Source of the DNA: Blasia pusilla
Taxonomy: Eukaryota
NCBI GenBank assembly: GCA_050084515.1
Contig: CM114271.1
Span: 23,746,001-23,810,000, forward strand
Length of the DNA: 64,000 bases
Direction: 5' to 3'
Shown here: one piece after another, positions 51,865 through 64,000 of the stretch
How the letters are laid out: every line of letters begins with the position of its first letter
How positions within the stretch are numbered: the stretch's first letter is position 1
Notes under the pieces: generated by a model
What the model saw: the letters and a program-made list of their open reading frames with translations, nothing else
What the model was told of the DNA's origin: nothing
Databases searched by the model: none
Made by a program: the position numbers and the translations under genes

Positions 51865-52760
51865 GTATTCGGGTGTTGGATCTCTTTGGAGGGATCAACA
51901 CTGGATCAACAATGTGGAGATTGATGATGTTGCGAGGCGCGCTTCACTTCACCATGTGATGCATTTATGCTTCCATTTTTCCCACTTGTTGTCTGCGTCC
52001 GCCATTCAGGGTTACCAAAGTTCCCTATCGAGGGACATTTAATTGTTGGGGACGTAGGACTTGGAGCGGGTAGGGACCATAGACTTGGTCATTACTGGTT
52101 GGTCATGTCAAGGCCAGTTGAGTGCTGGATGGGGTAGCGGATTAGTTGACTCTTGGTCTAGGTTGTTTTGGGAGATGTTGCCGATCTTGCGACACTTGCA
52201 AAAGCATCAGTCTCGTCCTCCCGTATACATTCTGGAGAATGTACCGATTTTGAGCGATTCGAGGTGTCGTGTGATGACAAGTGCACATCAAGTGCGCACA
52301 TGGATCAGCCCGGTAGTTTTGTTGGATACGGCGAGTGTGAGTTCACAAGCACATCGCCCACGTCTTTGGTGGAACAACTTGGTACCATACGAGGTGTTGC
52401 CGAGGGCATATGCGAGAGTGGAGCGCCCCTCCAATTTGTTGGTGGATTCTATACTGGATCCGGGCCGTCGATCACACGCAGTGAGGCTAGATGATCGACC
52501 GTCATTGATTGTGGTCAACAGGATTGGCACGCCACGAGCAACCTTTCCCACATTGGTGAGTTTTCCCTCTTCCTATGCATTCAAGGAGGCCGTACCTGGC
52601 TTGGTTTGGGATGACCAAGAACAAAGGTTGGTGGAGCCTAACGCCGATGAGCGAGAGCAAGCGATGGGATTCCCCACAGGAGTGACGGTATTACCGTCAC
52701 TATCATAGGCATCACAACATCATGTCTTGGGTCAGGCGATGGACATGAACTGCTTGACAT
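51865..52760 (+). pseudogene. DNMT3-like methyltransferase domain, second copy
   Basis: VLDLFGGINTG, DLVITGWSCQGQ, YILENVP, SQAHRPRLWWNNL, EPNADEREQAMGFPTGVT, VLGQAMDMNCL. Confidence 0.9.
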
Positions 52761-55700
52761 GGATTTTCAGCTTAGGAGTAGATGAGCAACGTCGTTTGAG
52801 GATGCAACAGATCACAGCTATTGTGTTGGTGAGCCCCATGCCTACCGAGACTGTTGAGGCAGTGGCTGGGGGCAAGACTCGAGGAGATCGACACACTAGG
52901 GGTGATCGGGAGAGACACCCTTGGACTTCTTGGGATGTTTTGCAAGTACGTTAGGAGATGATAGCCAGAGCATCGAGCGTGGTTGCGGGTACTACATTGG
53001 AGATGAGAGTTCTATTGTCCAAGATAGGGTTGCACCATAGCAACCATCAACATCCACGTCGGAGAGTCCTACCGTAGTCACGATGGAGACTTGGGAGCCA
53101 GATATGGGCCCTAAGTTTACAGGAGGAGAGCGGCGTCGGATACACTAGTTCCTTAGGAGTTATAGGAGTTGTTTTGCATTAAGTATGCATGATTTGGGTA
53201 CGTTGAAGGGTCCATGGATCCACATTGAGTTGTTAAGTGACACGCCAATCTTTTGATGACCCTATAGGTATATGTGACATGGAAAGTGCTCTGATTCATA
53301 GTAGGAGCCAAGACTTGGTTGGAGTAGGACTAGTGGACATGTCGCATGGAGAGTATGCATGTGCCACTGTCATGCCCACCAAGAAGGATGTGCATGCCAA
53401 TTGGACGGATAGGCGGATGTGTGGAGATTACTGACTTATCAATCGGCACATAAATTTTGATAGTATGCCATGCCCAACCTTGAGGAGATCTTTGATGCCA
53501 TTGGGCATGCAAAGGTCTTCAATTTATTGGATTTGTGAGCCGGATACCATCGATTGTCTATCAGATTGGAGCACATGCAGAAGACAACATTTTGGGGCAT
53601 CGATCCTCACGGGAAAGATTGTTTGTACCAATGGCGGATCTTACCATTTGGGTTAAAGAACGCCCCGGCTGAGTTTCAGAGGGTCATGGATAGGATCTTG
53701 GCAGGTTTGGATTTTTCTAGGTATTATATTGATGACATCATAGTCTTTAGCGCCACGGTGGAGGAGCATGAGCGACATCTAGAGGAGATGTTTCGACGAT
53801 TGCAGTTATATGGGTTTCATCTAGGCAATTGCAAGTTCTTCTACGACCTCATTGAGTACTTGGGTCATACGATATACCTAGGGGGCCTTGGTGTGCAACA
53901 GACGAAGGTAAAGGCTATTTCACGCATTCCACACCCTATAGATGTGAGTCAAGTTCGTGCATTCATGGGATTGGTGAACTTCTATTGATGGTACGTCAAG
54001 GGTTTCGGTTTGATCGCGAAGCCGCTAACTTTGCTGACCAAGGTGGACTAGGAGTGGCACTTGGGGGATGAGCGGGAGAGATCATTTCAGATGCTCAAGG
54101 ACATATTGACGTCCGTGCCTATATTGAGGAGACCGATCAAGGGACGTCCTTTCCAGTTGCATACCGATTGGAGCATGTTGGGGCTTGGAGCCGTGCTTAC
54201 CTAGCATAATGATGATGGTAAAGAGTTCGTGGTGGCTTACGCTAGTCGCTCAAACAACGCTGAAGAGGCGAAGTATAGCTCGTATGAGGATGAGTGCTTG
54301 GCTGCAGTGTGGGCTGTCGTATATTTCAAATGTTATCTATTCAGCAATCCCTTTACCATCATTATTGATCATCAACCACTTAAGTGGTTGATGGAGTCCG
54401 ACAAGCTTTCAGGGAAGCTTGCGAGGTGGGATCTTTTGTTGTAGGAATAAATATGACTTCCAAGTGGTGCATAGACCTGAGACGCTCAACCGAGATGCAA
54501 ATGGTTTGAGCCGTACCCCATGCCGGAGTCAACAAGATGCGGTTGGAGCTCGTTGGCATGGTGAGAGTGATGAGGAGTTGGTTCCGAGATGGCATGCGTT
54601 AGCCTATTTGGGCTTATTGGCTGTGGAGAACCAGATTTCCACGACTTTGATGGCGAGGTCTGATGGAGAGTCCTTAGATCCACAGGCCGATGCGGAGACG
54701 ACAGGTGGCCGAGACATTTACAACGATGGAGTGGTCTTGGAGTACTTGCGTACTGGCAGCGTTGCGAGCACAGTGGGTATAGAGAGCGGGATCGAATCCT
54801 AGAGCGAGCCGGACGGTTTCGGTGGGAGGGGACACATGTGTTGCAAGTGTGGAAGGATGGTAGAGTGTGTGTAGTGCCTCATCCTTTGTAGAGAGCACGT
54901 TTGGTGCGTCATGCCCACAAGGAGTTGGGTCATTTTGGAGTAAAGTGGACGTACAACTTGCTCCAGATTCAGTATTGGTGGCGAGACATGTAGGTTGGCG
55001 TTCAGTAGTCTGTTACCAGATGCATGGTGTGTGATCAAGTCCGAGCATCTTTCAATGCTCTGACTCCACAATTGCATCCACTTCCGATCATGGGTTTAGG
55101 TTATAGATGGAGTTTAGATTTTGTAGGACCTTTGCCTTTGACGGAGCGTCATAGTCGTTATGTGTTGGTGATGGTCGAGCACTTCTCGAAGTGGATAGAT
55201 TTGGTTGCATTGCCTGACAAAGCGAGTGAGGGAGTAGCGTATGCCTTCCTAGATGAGTGCTGAGTCATTATGGCGCACTAGCTGAGGTGATGGTGAGGTG
55301 TTGAACCTTGATGACCCTCATGTATGGATGCGAGCATGTTCTCCGAGGGCTGAATTGTTTTGGAGAGTGATGCCCATGGCATTTGAGAACTTGACGATTG
55401 CGCAACATCGGGATATATTGATGTATGCGACTATTCAGGGAGGTGGTTATCGACCTACTATCCGAAGGTTTCATTAGGAAGACTATGTCTACTTGCAGCA
55501 GACGGCATCCACGACCTTGGATGTGACTGCAAGGCGCACCATCTTGAGAGTGCGTGAGATTTTTCCATCTGGTGTTCTCTTATTGGAGGGACATTATGGT
55601 ATGGTTTGGAAGGACCATGTGCGTAACTACGCACCATGTCATCTTCCGAACATTGACGGTACAGTTGATCCGAGCTTAGCAGTAGTTCCTGCAAAGAACT

Positions 55701-55782
55701 TCAAACAAGAACTTCAATGGAACCTGAACATGGAGATAACTCGACATACAAGAATATGCTACCGTCGTGGCTCTCCAGTATT

Positions 55783-56805
55783 TATCGTGCGCGTATATAT
55801 CGCTACATAGCATACATCGCTGGTAACATCTACACCACACAACACCGATCTTCCCCACACATGGGTCAATCCACACATGTACAAAAATCAACTCATACAT
55901 ATACATGGAGATCACACAACCGCCCCCCTAGCTGGCAGTTGGATCCCCCCCACTCTAGATAGAAAATATCACATCTTTCTGACATGACCTACTACCGTAT
56001 ACACATCTCGGACACATCCATCGTCTCGTGGGAACCACATCAAGAGGGGGGGTTGGACATGACATATGCCACCCTCGAGAACAACCATCACATACCAACA
56101 TGGTGGTTGCATCCCTTGCAGATCCGCACAACATACACCTCAAGCCTGCAGGTACCACTGCCACGCTCGGATCCACCATCCCATCTACGTTCGGAAGATG
56201 AAATGGCGTACAATTTCGCACATGATCCTTCCAAACCATACCATCCCATCCCTCCAACATGAGGACTCTGATCGGTAATACCTCGCGCACACGTAGGATC
56301 GTGCGCCCTGCAGTGACTCTAGCGTCGTGGGTGCCGCCTGCTGTAAATACACGTAATCTCCAAGATGAAACCTCCTAATCCCTGGACGGTAACCTCCTCC
56401 ACGAATGGTCGCGTACCTCAATGTATCTCTATGCTGGGCAATAGATAAGTTCTCAAAGGCTATAGGCATAACTCTACGAGAAATCTCCGCCCTCTGAGAA
56501 CATGCTTGTACCCACACATCTCGATCATCAAGATCTAACACCTCTGCCATGTCACGTCGAATTGCTGGTGGTAAATCTGGCTCTCTCCCAAAGAGCAAAA
56601 AGTACGGTGAAAATGACGCCAAGGATGTCTGCCGACTAAAGCGATAACCCATAGCCAACCATGGCAACTGTAGGTCCCACTCCCTCAATTGTCCCCGGTG
56701 CAAGCCATACTTGCGCAATCCTCTCTTCATCGTATGTTCCACTCTCTTCGCCAACCCATCCGCCTCAGGATGACCTCTGGACGTGGTGCGGTGATCTATC
56801 AGCGC
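55783..56805 (-). mobile_element. 3' fragment of a third, related Gypsy copy: integrase C-terminus, intact PHD finger, PPT, B-like terminus
   Basis: IDHRTTSRGHPEADGLA...; PHD CMLC..CDGC..WHMSC..WMCPRC; PPT at 55920-55929; end ...gcgcacgata at 55783. Confidence 0.88.
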
Positions 56806-58246
56806 TGTCACATTTGAATAGCCGATAGGCCGAGATCTATCGTGGATAGGGCGTAGGAGCCAGCGGACTATCTTGAGTGTAACTTTGTTCCACGTTGTCG
56901 GATGAGGTTGAGGATAGGTCCATTGTGTTAGGAACCTCATTTTTATAACTTTCATGTTGAGGTCTTTCACAGCCGGGTGACTTGTTGACCAGGTCACCCG
57001 CCCCTGGTAACCTGTGCCCGCAGGTTACCAAGGGGAGGGTTATTTTTAGGGGAAGAGCCAAAAATTTTAGCTCTTCCCAACTCTATATAAGAGAGGAAGA
57101 TGGCTTTCCTAAGCCATCTTTCTCATGTTGGGCCGTTGGAGCACCTCCCTTGCATGTGTGTGAGATAGGACTAGGGTGCTAGCGTCCGGATTCCTTGATA
57201 GCACAAGGTGGACGAGGCTCGATATGTCGATATACAGGGTTTTGGACCGAGAACTACGGAGGAGAGTCTGAGATACGGTGGTGATTCACACAGCGAAGCC
57301 CACATTGAAGGTGGTCTTTGAATTGTCTGAGCGTATTGAGCTCAACATGAGTGAGGAGCAGGTAGTGACCGCTAGATTTTCTCGAGAGTCGACGAGCGAC
57401 GGTGACCCCACAGGTGCCACAGCGAGCACCAGTACCACGGGAGCGGGCCAGTGTGCCCAGAGAGCAAGGCACGTACCGTGAGCCTATGAGGCAATGACCC
57501 GTACCTACATATGTTGCCCAGCAGGGATCGATGTGGTCTTGTTGGACGTGTGGAGGGGCCCATAGGCAGAGAGACTGCCCACATCATGGGAGAGGACCAC
57601 TAGCGCCTCTGATTGCTCACGAGCCACAGAGGATGGCCCCACCATAGCACCAGTGTGACTATTGCCACAGATATGGTCACACTAGGGATAGATGTTTTGA
57701 CCTTCGCCAAGGGGCACGTCCAGAGGTAGGCTGAGGGCCTAGGGGCGGTCGTCCTGGAGGAGGTCGGGGAGTTCTCCCTGGACGTGGTGGTAGAGGACCA
57801 CCACCAGCCAGAGGAGATGGAGCAAAAGCACCAAAGCCGGCACTTCTCGAGTAGAAGCTGGAGCTGGTAAAATCTGGAGTCACACTAGCTGCTCGCAGCT
57901 CCGTGCCTTCCCTAAGCTGCATCATCGTCATGGCAGCAATCCTCTGCTCCAACTGATCGATGCATGAGAGAAGCTTCCGGCTCTGGTGCTCTTGCTCCAT
58001 CTCCTCTGGCTGGTGGTGGTCCTCTATCACCACGTCCAAGAAGAACTCCCCGACCTCCTCCAGGACGACCGCCCCCAGGCCCTTGGCCTACCTGTGGACG
58101 TGCCCCTCGGCGAAGGTCAAAACATCTATCCCTAGTGTGACCATATTTGTGACAATAGTCACACTGGTGCTGTGATGGGGCCATCCTCTATGGCTCCTAC
58201 GCCTTATCCACGATAGATCTCGCCTATCGGCTACTCATATCTGACA
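56806..58246. mobile_element. Fold-back composite of two converging 5' fragments (terminus plus gag) of a related Gypsy subfamily
   Basis: Inverted ~56-bp termini (TGTCACAtttgaatagccgataggccgagatctatcgtgg versus the reverse complement of 58191-58246). Inner inverted arms 57621-57840 and 57977-58196 encode the CCHC knuckle CDYCH.YGHTRDRC. TATA-like tatataag at ~57085. Confidence 0.8.
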
Positions 58247-58529
58247 TATTTCACTACTCGGGAAACTAGGGTTTTTTACCTAATTTTCTTCATTTCTATT
58301 TATAATTTTTTTTCGACCCTAAACCCGAACCCCCGCGACGCATGAAGGTGCCCCACACCGTGATGCAATATAGGATTAGATAATCCTAGTAACGCTACTC
58401 CATAAATCACTTACGTCATATAACTATGACTCCTTCGACGTCTAAATCGGAATCATCAATCTAGGCTTGTCCTCATATTGGGGGGCCGATCAGATTAATG
58501 GTGTTGAGAGAAGTGGATGTACAGATTCC

Positions 58530-58661
58530 AACACGTGTAGCAAGAATTTTTTTAATTTATGAATAGCATCATTATTCCTTTCATTATTTCCTTCACGGGC
58601 ACTAGCAAAAGCTCTTCAAACAATTTTTTATTTCCCATGCATCGTGCGGGCACCTTGCTAG
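58530..58661 (+). mobile_element. 3' part of a Helitron-like family copy
   Basis: ctcttcaaac...ttatttcccatgcatcgtgcgggcaccttgCTAG|T matches the 3' ends of the other copies. Confidence 0.55.
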
Positions 58662-60433
58662 TATATACTATTAACGAAACACATGAGGGTTATGATGAGG
58701 ATTATAATAAGTAAGAGGATGAAAAGAAAAACATGAAGCGAGGGAACACCTTATGTTGTGAATTTCTTTTTATCTACACAAATATTTAAATAATTTTGTG
58801 AAGTGTCTCCAAAGATACCAACCACTCTATGGTTGGGCATAGCACAACGATCTTACTAGTAGTGAGTTTCAAAATTTAAGGGGCCCTAATCGAATGCATA
58901 ATTTTGAAAATCGTAGACTATGGGATCTCGTTAATCCCTTACTAGTATAATGCCCGTGTTATCCGTGGGTGAAAGTCATCCATGAGAAAGGCATCTCGTA
59001 CGCTAATTTAAGTTGTGTTATATTAATTTAGTTCTTCGTTACACGTGTCATCACAAGAGGAGGCAAAAATATATGCGGATCATCACCAATGAAGGGGTCC
59101 TCAAACCCCATCCTCTTTTAATTATATAAATTAAATAAAAAACAAAAGTAGAATTTTTAAATTGACATATTAACTTTGGGAAATGCATCTGAGTGGCCTT
59201 ACAACGCGCACAAGTCATGGCATTCATACGTCGTGCGGAGGTGGTGGGGGCTCCCTTGCCTCGTCGCCTGTTCACGTCTGACCAACAACTAATGTTCTTG
59301 TTATATTTGTTTCATACTATCAATCGTTTAGCTCATTGAGTTTGGGTTGGCTAGTTGCATTTTTCTTTTTCAATTCCATTATGCATCTTTTCATTCCTCT
59401 TTTGAGATTTTATCACCTTTCTTTGTCCTCTTTTGAGGTTTATAAAAAAGTGGTTTTGGACCTTCTATCGACTTCTTCATTAAAAAGGTTGTCAAGATGA
59501 TAATTATCTTAAGACGCTTACTGTGTTCATTCAATTTCAGAGATAGTTGACGTCTTTCGATGTGGGACTCCGCCGCTCCGGTGCTTCATCAGATGATCAG
59601 ACAGATACGAGCGCACAGTGACCCTATCCAGGTGATTGCACCATTGGAATTGATTCGCCTGCTGCACTTTGCAACCAAACGATACCTCTGGAGCGGGCAG
59701 TGGCGCAATAGCGAATTCAGATAGTGGTGTTTTCCAGCGCTTTGGAGAGGAGAATGAGCGAGCATCGGCTAACTTGCGAATGTAGCACTGCAAAGATGGT
59801 TTAGGAATTGAGAACACAGAAGAGTAGGGGAGGGCCAGTTAAGAAACTAGCAAATGTAGGGCTATGGATTGAGGCACAGAGCTCCATTTGGCATCATTGC
59901 GCACCTGTGCAGGTAAGATGGGGCAGTTGAATCGAAAGGTCTGCCACGGGCCAAAGAATTCACGCCTCACCTCGCCTTTACATTAGGAGTGTTTGGGAGG
60001 CCCAAACGTTTCATATCTGAATTTTTTACTGACTTGAATCGCAGGATGGGGAAGTTTGTGCGAAGAGAATGACAGCTCTGCTGGCACCTGCTTTTCCCAG
60101 CGCCGGATTGTTTAAATGTCATGAAGAGTTGGCTCTTTTTCGCTGAGAAGAAGCCAATTGAATCACTTTCCACAGAATTGCAGGAGTATCTGTTGTCCAG
60201 ATGCCTTGAGCGAAGTATGTCATTCTATTTCTTCGTTTAAAATGGTTTTTGCTTTGGCTGCAGAATAGCAAATCTCAGCTGGGAGCTCTCACCTTCTCTT
60301 TATCATTAAACTCATATGAGTCAATTACTTGAGCTGTAATTGACTCATATTTATATCGTATCCAGCATCTCAGAATTGAACTTAAATTTCTACTCAGCTC
60401 TGGGAACTGGGAACTGGGAACTATTTGGGGGAT

Positions 60434-63400
60434 ATGGTGGGAGCTGGAGCAACATCCGTGTGCACTCTGCGAGCAGTGTCGCTTTGGTGCACGAATTCCT
60501 TGTCTTCAAATCCCGTCTTCTCGCAGTTTCCATCAGGTCTACGCGGGGATAAGGTTGGGTTGAGCTGGGCACAGAGAAGATGTTCATGGTTGGTGTCAGT
60601 CCCAAAGAATACGGGCAGTTTCAATCGGAGGTGGCACAAAGCATATTGTACGTTAGACAGCTCTGGACATGGAAATGCTCCTAGTAGGGCTTTTGGAATC
60701 CCTGTGCTTGACAGAGATGAGAATGGAAATATAGTTATTAGACAAAAGAGTGCAGTAAGGGAAAGGTTAAGCACGAGGTCAGCTGAAAATGAGGCGTCCA
60801 GTTCAAAGCTGGGTACTTTCAAGCCGACCACTGCTCAGTCAAGTAAGCCAACTTCTACGACCAAGGTGAAGGACAATAACCGTGGCAAGGCACAAGTTCC
60901 GAAGACCTTGTCGACTGGTACATCAAAAGACACCTCAAATTCAAGGATAACTAAAGATATCGCAAATGCAAGAAGGGTCTCCCGTGTGAAGGCGACAACA
61001 GGGCCACCTCAATACTCGAAGGCTGCTAGACGATTCTACAACGAAAAGTTTCGACAGCCGGAAAGGCTCAGCAAGGTGTTAGCTGCGGCTGGAGGTACTT
61101 CCCTGTGTCCCGTTCTTTCACTCTCTTTTTGGAACGCGGCTCTTAAGAAATACTTCAGATTGAATGAGAATTGACTAGTGTCCATGGGGATCCAAGAGGT
61201 CTATCAGGATTAAAATCACTATGCTTCTAGTATCTGTGTAGACCATATCATGCAAGACTCCGGAGATGGAAGCAATAGGAAACAGATGTGTCCTAAAGAG
61301 CTTACAGAACTCGGTGTTTTACTCTAGCACCTGCATATTAATTCATGTAGAAACTTAGCTATTTGAACCTGATTTCACGGATCATAGAAATGCCCACATT
61401 GTAGGAACCGGGTTGGAAGAATTCACGGAACTTCCTTCTAGCTTTCTCATGGAAGAATGAAGACTGTAATATATGATATAGGTGAAACCTGGTTTGTTGG
61501 AACGTCTCGATGAAATAGGGTTTGTTGAAAAATGGAATTTATAATGAGATTTGAATCAACCAGATTTATTCTGAGTGCCATCTGATACAAAGATAGAGCC
61601 AAAAAAAATTTACCCTCTTTTTCATGTCTTCAATTGCATTTCCAACTTGAACCACAAGATGATGAGTGTTTGTTCTGTGAATGTGATCAGTATTATCAGT
61701 CTCTGCTTGATCTCAAGCTTTCCTGGTTCATATGTACATCTACCATATTTTATTTCCTCCTCTCACTGTGCTATGACTCATCTTAGTGGCCTCAAGAAGA
61801 GGAAGCGAGGAGATCATATTTGCAGGGCGAGTATCGGTCAATGGCAACATATGCTTAGTTCCGCAGGTATTTATACCAGTGAGGAAGAAACCAGCTTGTT
61901 TTCAAGATTATCATACACCTTGCATTCAGGCAATACCTATCATCTACTATTTCCTTAGTTGTATAGCCTGTTGAGAACCTTTATTTCTCATTTTCCTTCT
62001 CATGGACTATCCTACCTTTGTTGTCTTGATGTTTGGAATAGAAATTGAAATTTTCTGGAACTTTTTCACTTTTCTTATTGTGTCAATGGACTACTGAACT
62101 GTCCACAGCGCACCCTGTCTCGATCTCATTCTCTTCTTCTGAAGCAATCTAGTGCAATTTGGGATCATCTTGTGGCAACACACAATCAACCTGTCTGAAA
62201 GCTTTTCAACACTTTTTGCTAGCTTTATAGCTTCATCGCCAGCCTTTTGATATGCCATTTCTTACATGTTTGCTATGTAATGGCAATTTGGCAGACTCCA
62301 GTGGACCCTCTAATAGATTTAATCTACGTTGATGGAAATTCTTTACCAAAAAAGGTGGCGTCCAAGATGTACTTTGCTCTCAACAAGCCAAAGGGGTAAA
62401 TTATTACCTGCTTCTATTATCCTCAGAAATTTCCTATTCCCGCTGCTTTTACTTGTTTGAATCTTTGGAAAGGAAGGATAGATTCACTCCCATGTCTTTA
62501 TTGAAGATGGGCATGAATGACATCTTTCAGAATAGAACTGGTTTTGAATTATCCCTGTTTAGATAGTGTGTGCTTCAAGCACTGGCCCCTGTTTAGATAG
62601 TGATAGCTTCGCTGGAGATATGGTCCTTTTGCAGGTACATTTGTTCGAATGGTGGAGAAGGAACGAAACCAGTGTTGTCACTGTTTGATGACTACTTCAA
62701 AATCTGGGTTCGTTTTCTGACCATCATAAGTTGTGGTATTCCTGAGAATGTTCGACATGCTGGACATATTTCTGCAGTTCACAATCAGGACTTGAACTTG
62801 TCTTGGATTTGGGCTTCCTACAAGGATGCACAAGCTGAATGTTTTATCACTCCAAGATTGTTCTTACTCTCCAATTTCGAGGCTAACTGGGTACGTGCTA
62901 AGCTAAAAGAATGCTTAGCATTTTAGTGAAGGGGGGTTGCGTTATGAAGTGAAGGTTAAGAGAAGAGGGTAATAAAGTTTACAAAACATTTGAGCTGAAG
63001 GCGGAGAGACTTTTCGTCAGAGAAATCTTTGGACGTGTTGGACTGATTCTGCTGTCGTTGCAGTCCCAGAGAAATCCAGGACTATCTAGGCCACGGATGT
63101 TCACTGTGGGACGACTTGATGTGGCTACTTCAGGTCTCTTACTGGTGACAAATGATGGTAATCTCGACAATCCCTTCTCCTGTCTGGAGACCTGCCTTAG
63201 TGAAGCCAACTTCAAACTTCTCATGGTTCGTTCCATTTGAATTTTTTTTCTCGGGACCACGTTTTTATGATAGATGATCCATTAGAGTGGAACATTGGAG
63301 TTCCTTGACCTTGATCATTGTTTGCAATTGCACATGTACACACCATGCAGGGGAGTTTGGGAACAAGGTGTCACATCCATCATCGGGTCTGACCAAAGAG

Positions 63401-63847
63401 TACGTAAAATTAGTGCTACCCATACGGTTCTTTGAATGTGCCCTGCAAATGAACAAGGACTAGGTTGTAATGAGGTTGATCGAAGTCTTTCACAAGCACT
63501 CACGCACGGACAAGCTCTTGGCAGTTCCCTCGTTGAGGAGTTCCATTTCAAATCTGACTCAAAGCGCCAAACCACATCTCTATGCATGTTCAATTTTGAA
63601 AGATCAAATTTTGTGAGTGGAGCAAAGATGGAGCGGATTTCTCCTTATGGGGAAAGGCTGGAGAGGGAGTCGTAACCTCCTCTGTATTGTTTGCAGGTAT
63701 GTTGTAACTCTAGAAGAGAAGGCCAGTCGACGGCAACTGACAGTAATTGCAGCAGGAACGGTGGTTCAAGGAGTGAAGTGTGTGCCTGCACTCGTTGAAG
63801 CTATTGAAATGGAGCCGGGTGATATCCGCCAACGGATTAGAATTGTT
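60434..63847 (+). CDS. SVR1: Plastid-type rRNA pseudouridine synthase (RsuA/RluB family, SVR1-like), 3'-partial; exons 60434-61094, 61787-61866, 62295-62395, 62635-62707, 63064-63157, 63351-63399, 63697-63847
   Basis: S4 domain RLSKVLAAAGVASRR..EE.I..GRVSVNG; YFALNKPKGYIC; catalytic VGRLDVATSGLLLVTNDG; HPS....KEY. Ser-rich transit-peptide-like N-terminus. Consistent splice phases. Confidence 0.9.
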
Positions 63848-64000
63848 GTATGACACTCGGCCCTTCTCTTGCTGGGCTTGTTTGGATTCCTTTTTCTTAT
63901 TACTGATAGGGTGTGCCAGAGAAGAATGTGAATGAATTACTGATATGGTGTTGATTTGGTATGCTTCGCTTCTAGATTTCAAGTATGCTAATCTCCCTGA

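Larger units (their letters stand above)
33554..55693 (+). mobile_element. Outer degenerate DNMT-carrying Ty3/Gypsy copy (segments 33554-33662, 43755-46200, 50835-55693), 3'-truncated before the PHD
   Basis: Colinear with the inner copy: block A, leader, gag start, protease (51130-51430), DNMT (51865-52760), RT YIDD (~53725), RNase H, and integrase with an internal deletion at ~55290. Confidence 0.88.

Noticed and set aside
59527-60173. Possible spliced minus-strand gene divergent from SVR1
   Set aside because: Splice-like signals exist, but joining them gives an immediate stop and no homology is recognisable.

Overview
Eukaryotic land-plant nuclear DNA (GT-AG introns; probably a non-seed plant, which is an inference). 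Host genes: two tandem peroxisomal 4CL-like acyl-CoA synthetases ending in SKL (123-2020, 5'-partial; 9883-12860), a TITAN-LIKE/CCDC84 zinc-finger gene (minus strand, ~23.4-26.8 kb), an SVR1-like RsuA/RluB pseudouridine synthase (60434 to past the window end), and a nepenthesin-like aspartic protease pseudogene split by a CRE-type non-LTR retrotransposon. The centre (33.5-58.3 kb) is a nested retrotransposon cluster. Its main component is a Ty3/Gypsy family with the order gag-protease-DNMT3-like C5 cytosine methyltransferase-RT-RNaseH-integrase-PHD finger, i.e. a DNA-methylation writer plus a histone reader. The best-preserved copy (33663-43754, 4-bp TSD CGTG) has split direct repeats (A-body-PPT-B-A-B) and no visible PBS instead of conventional LTRs. 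All copies here are degenerate. Also present: a Copia element, fold-back derivatives of the Gypsy family, a ~200-bp non-autonomous Helitron family, tandem repeats and hairpins. Coordinates were read by eye and may be off by a few bases.
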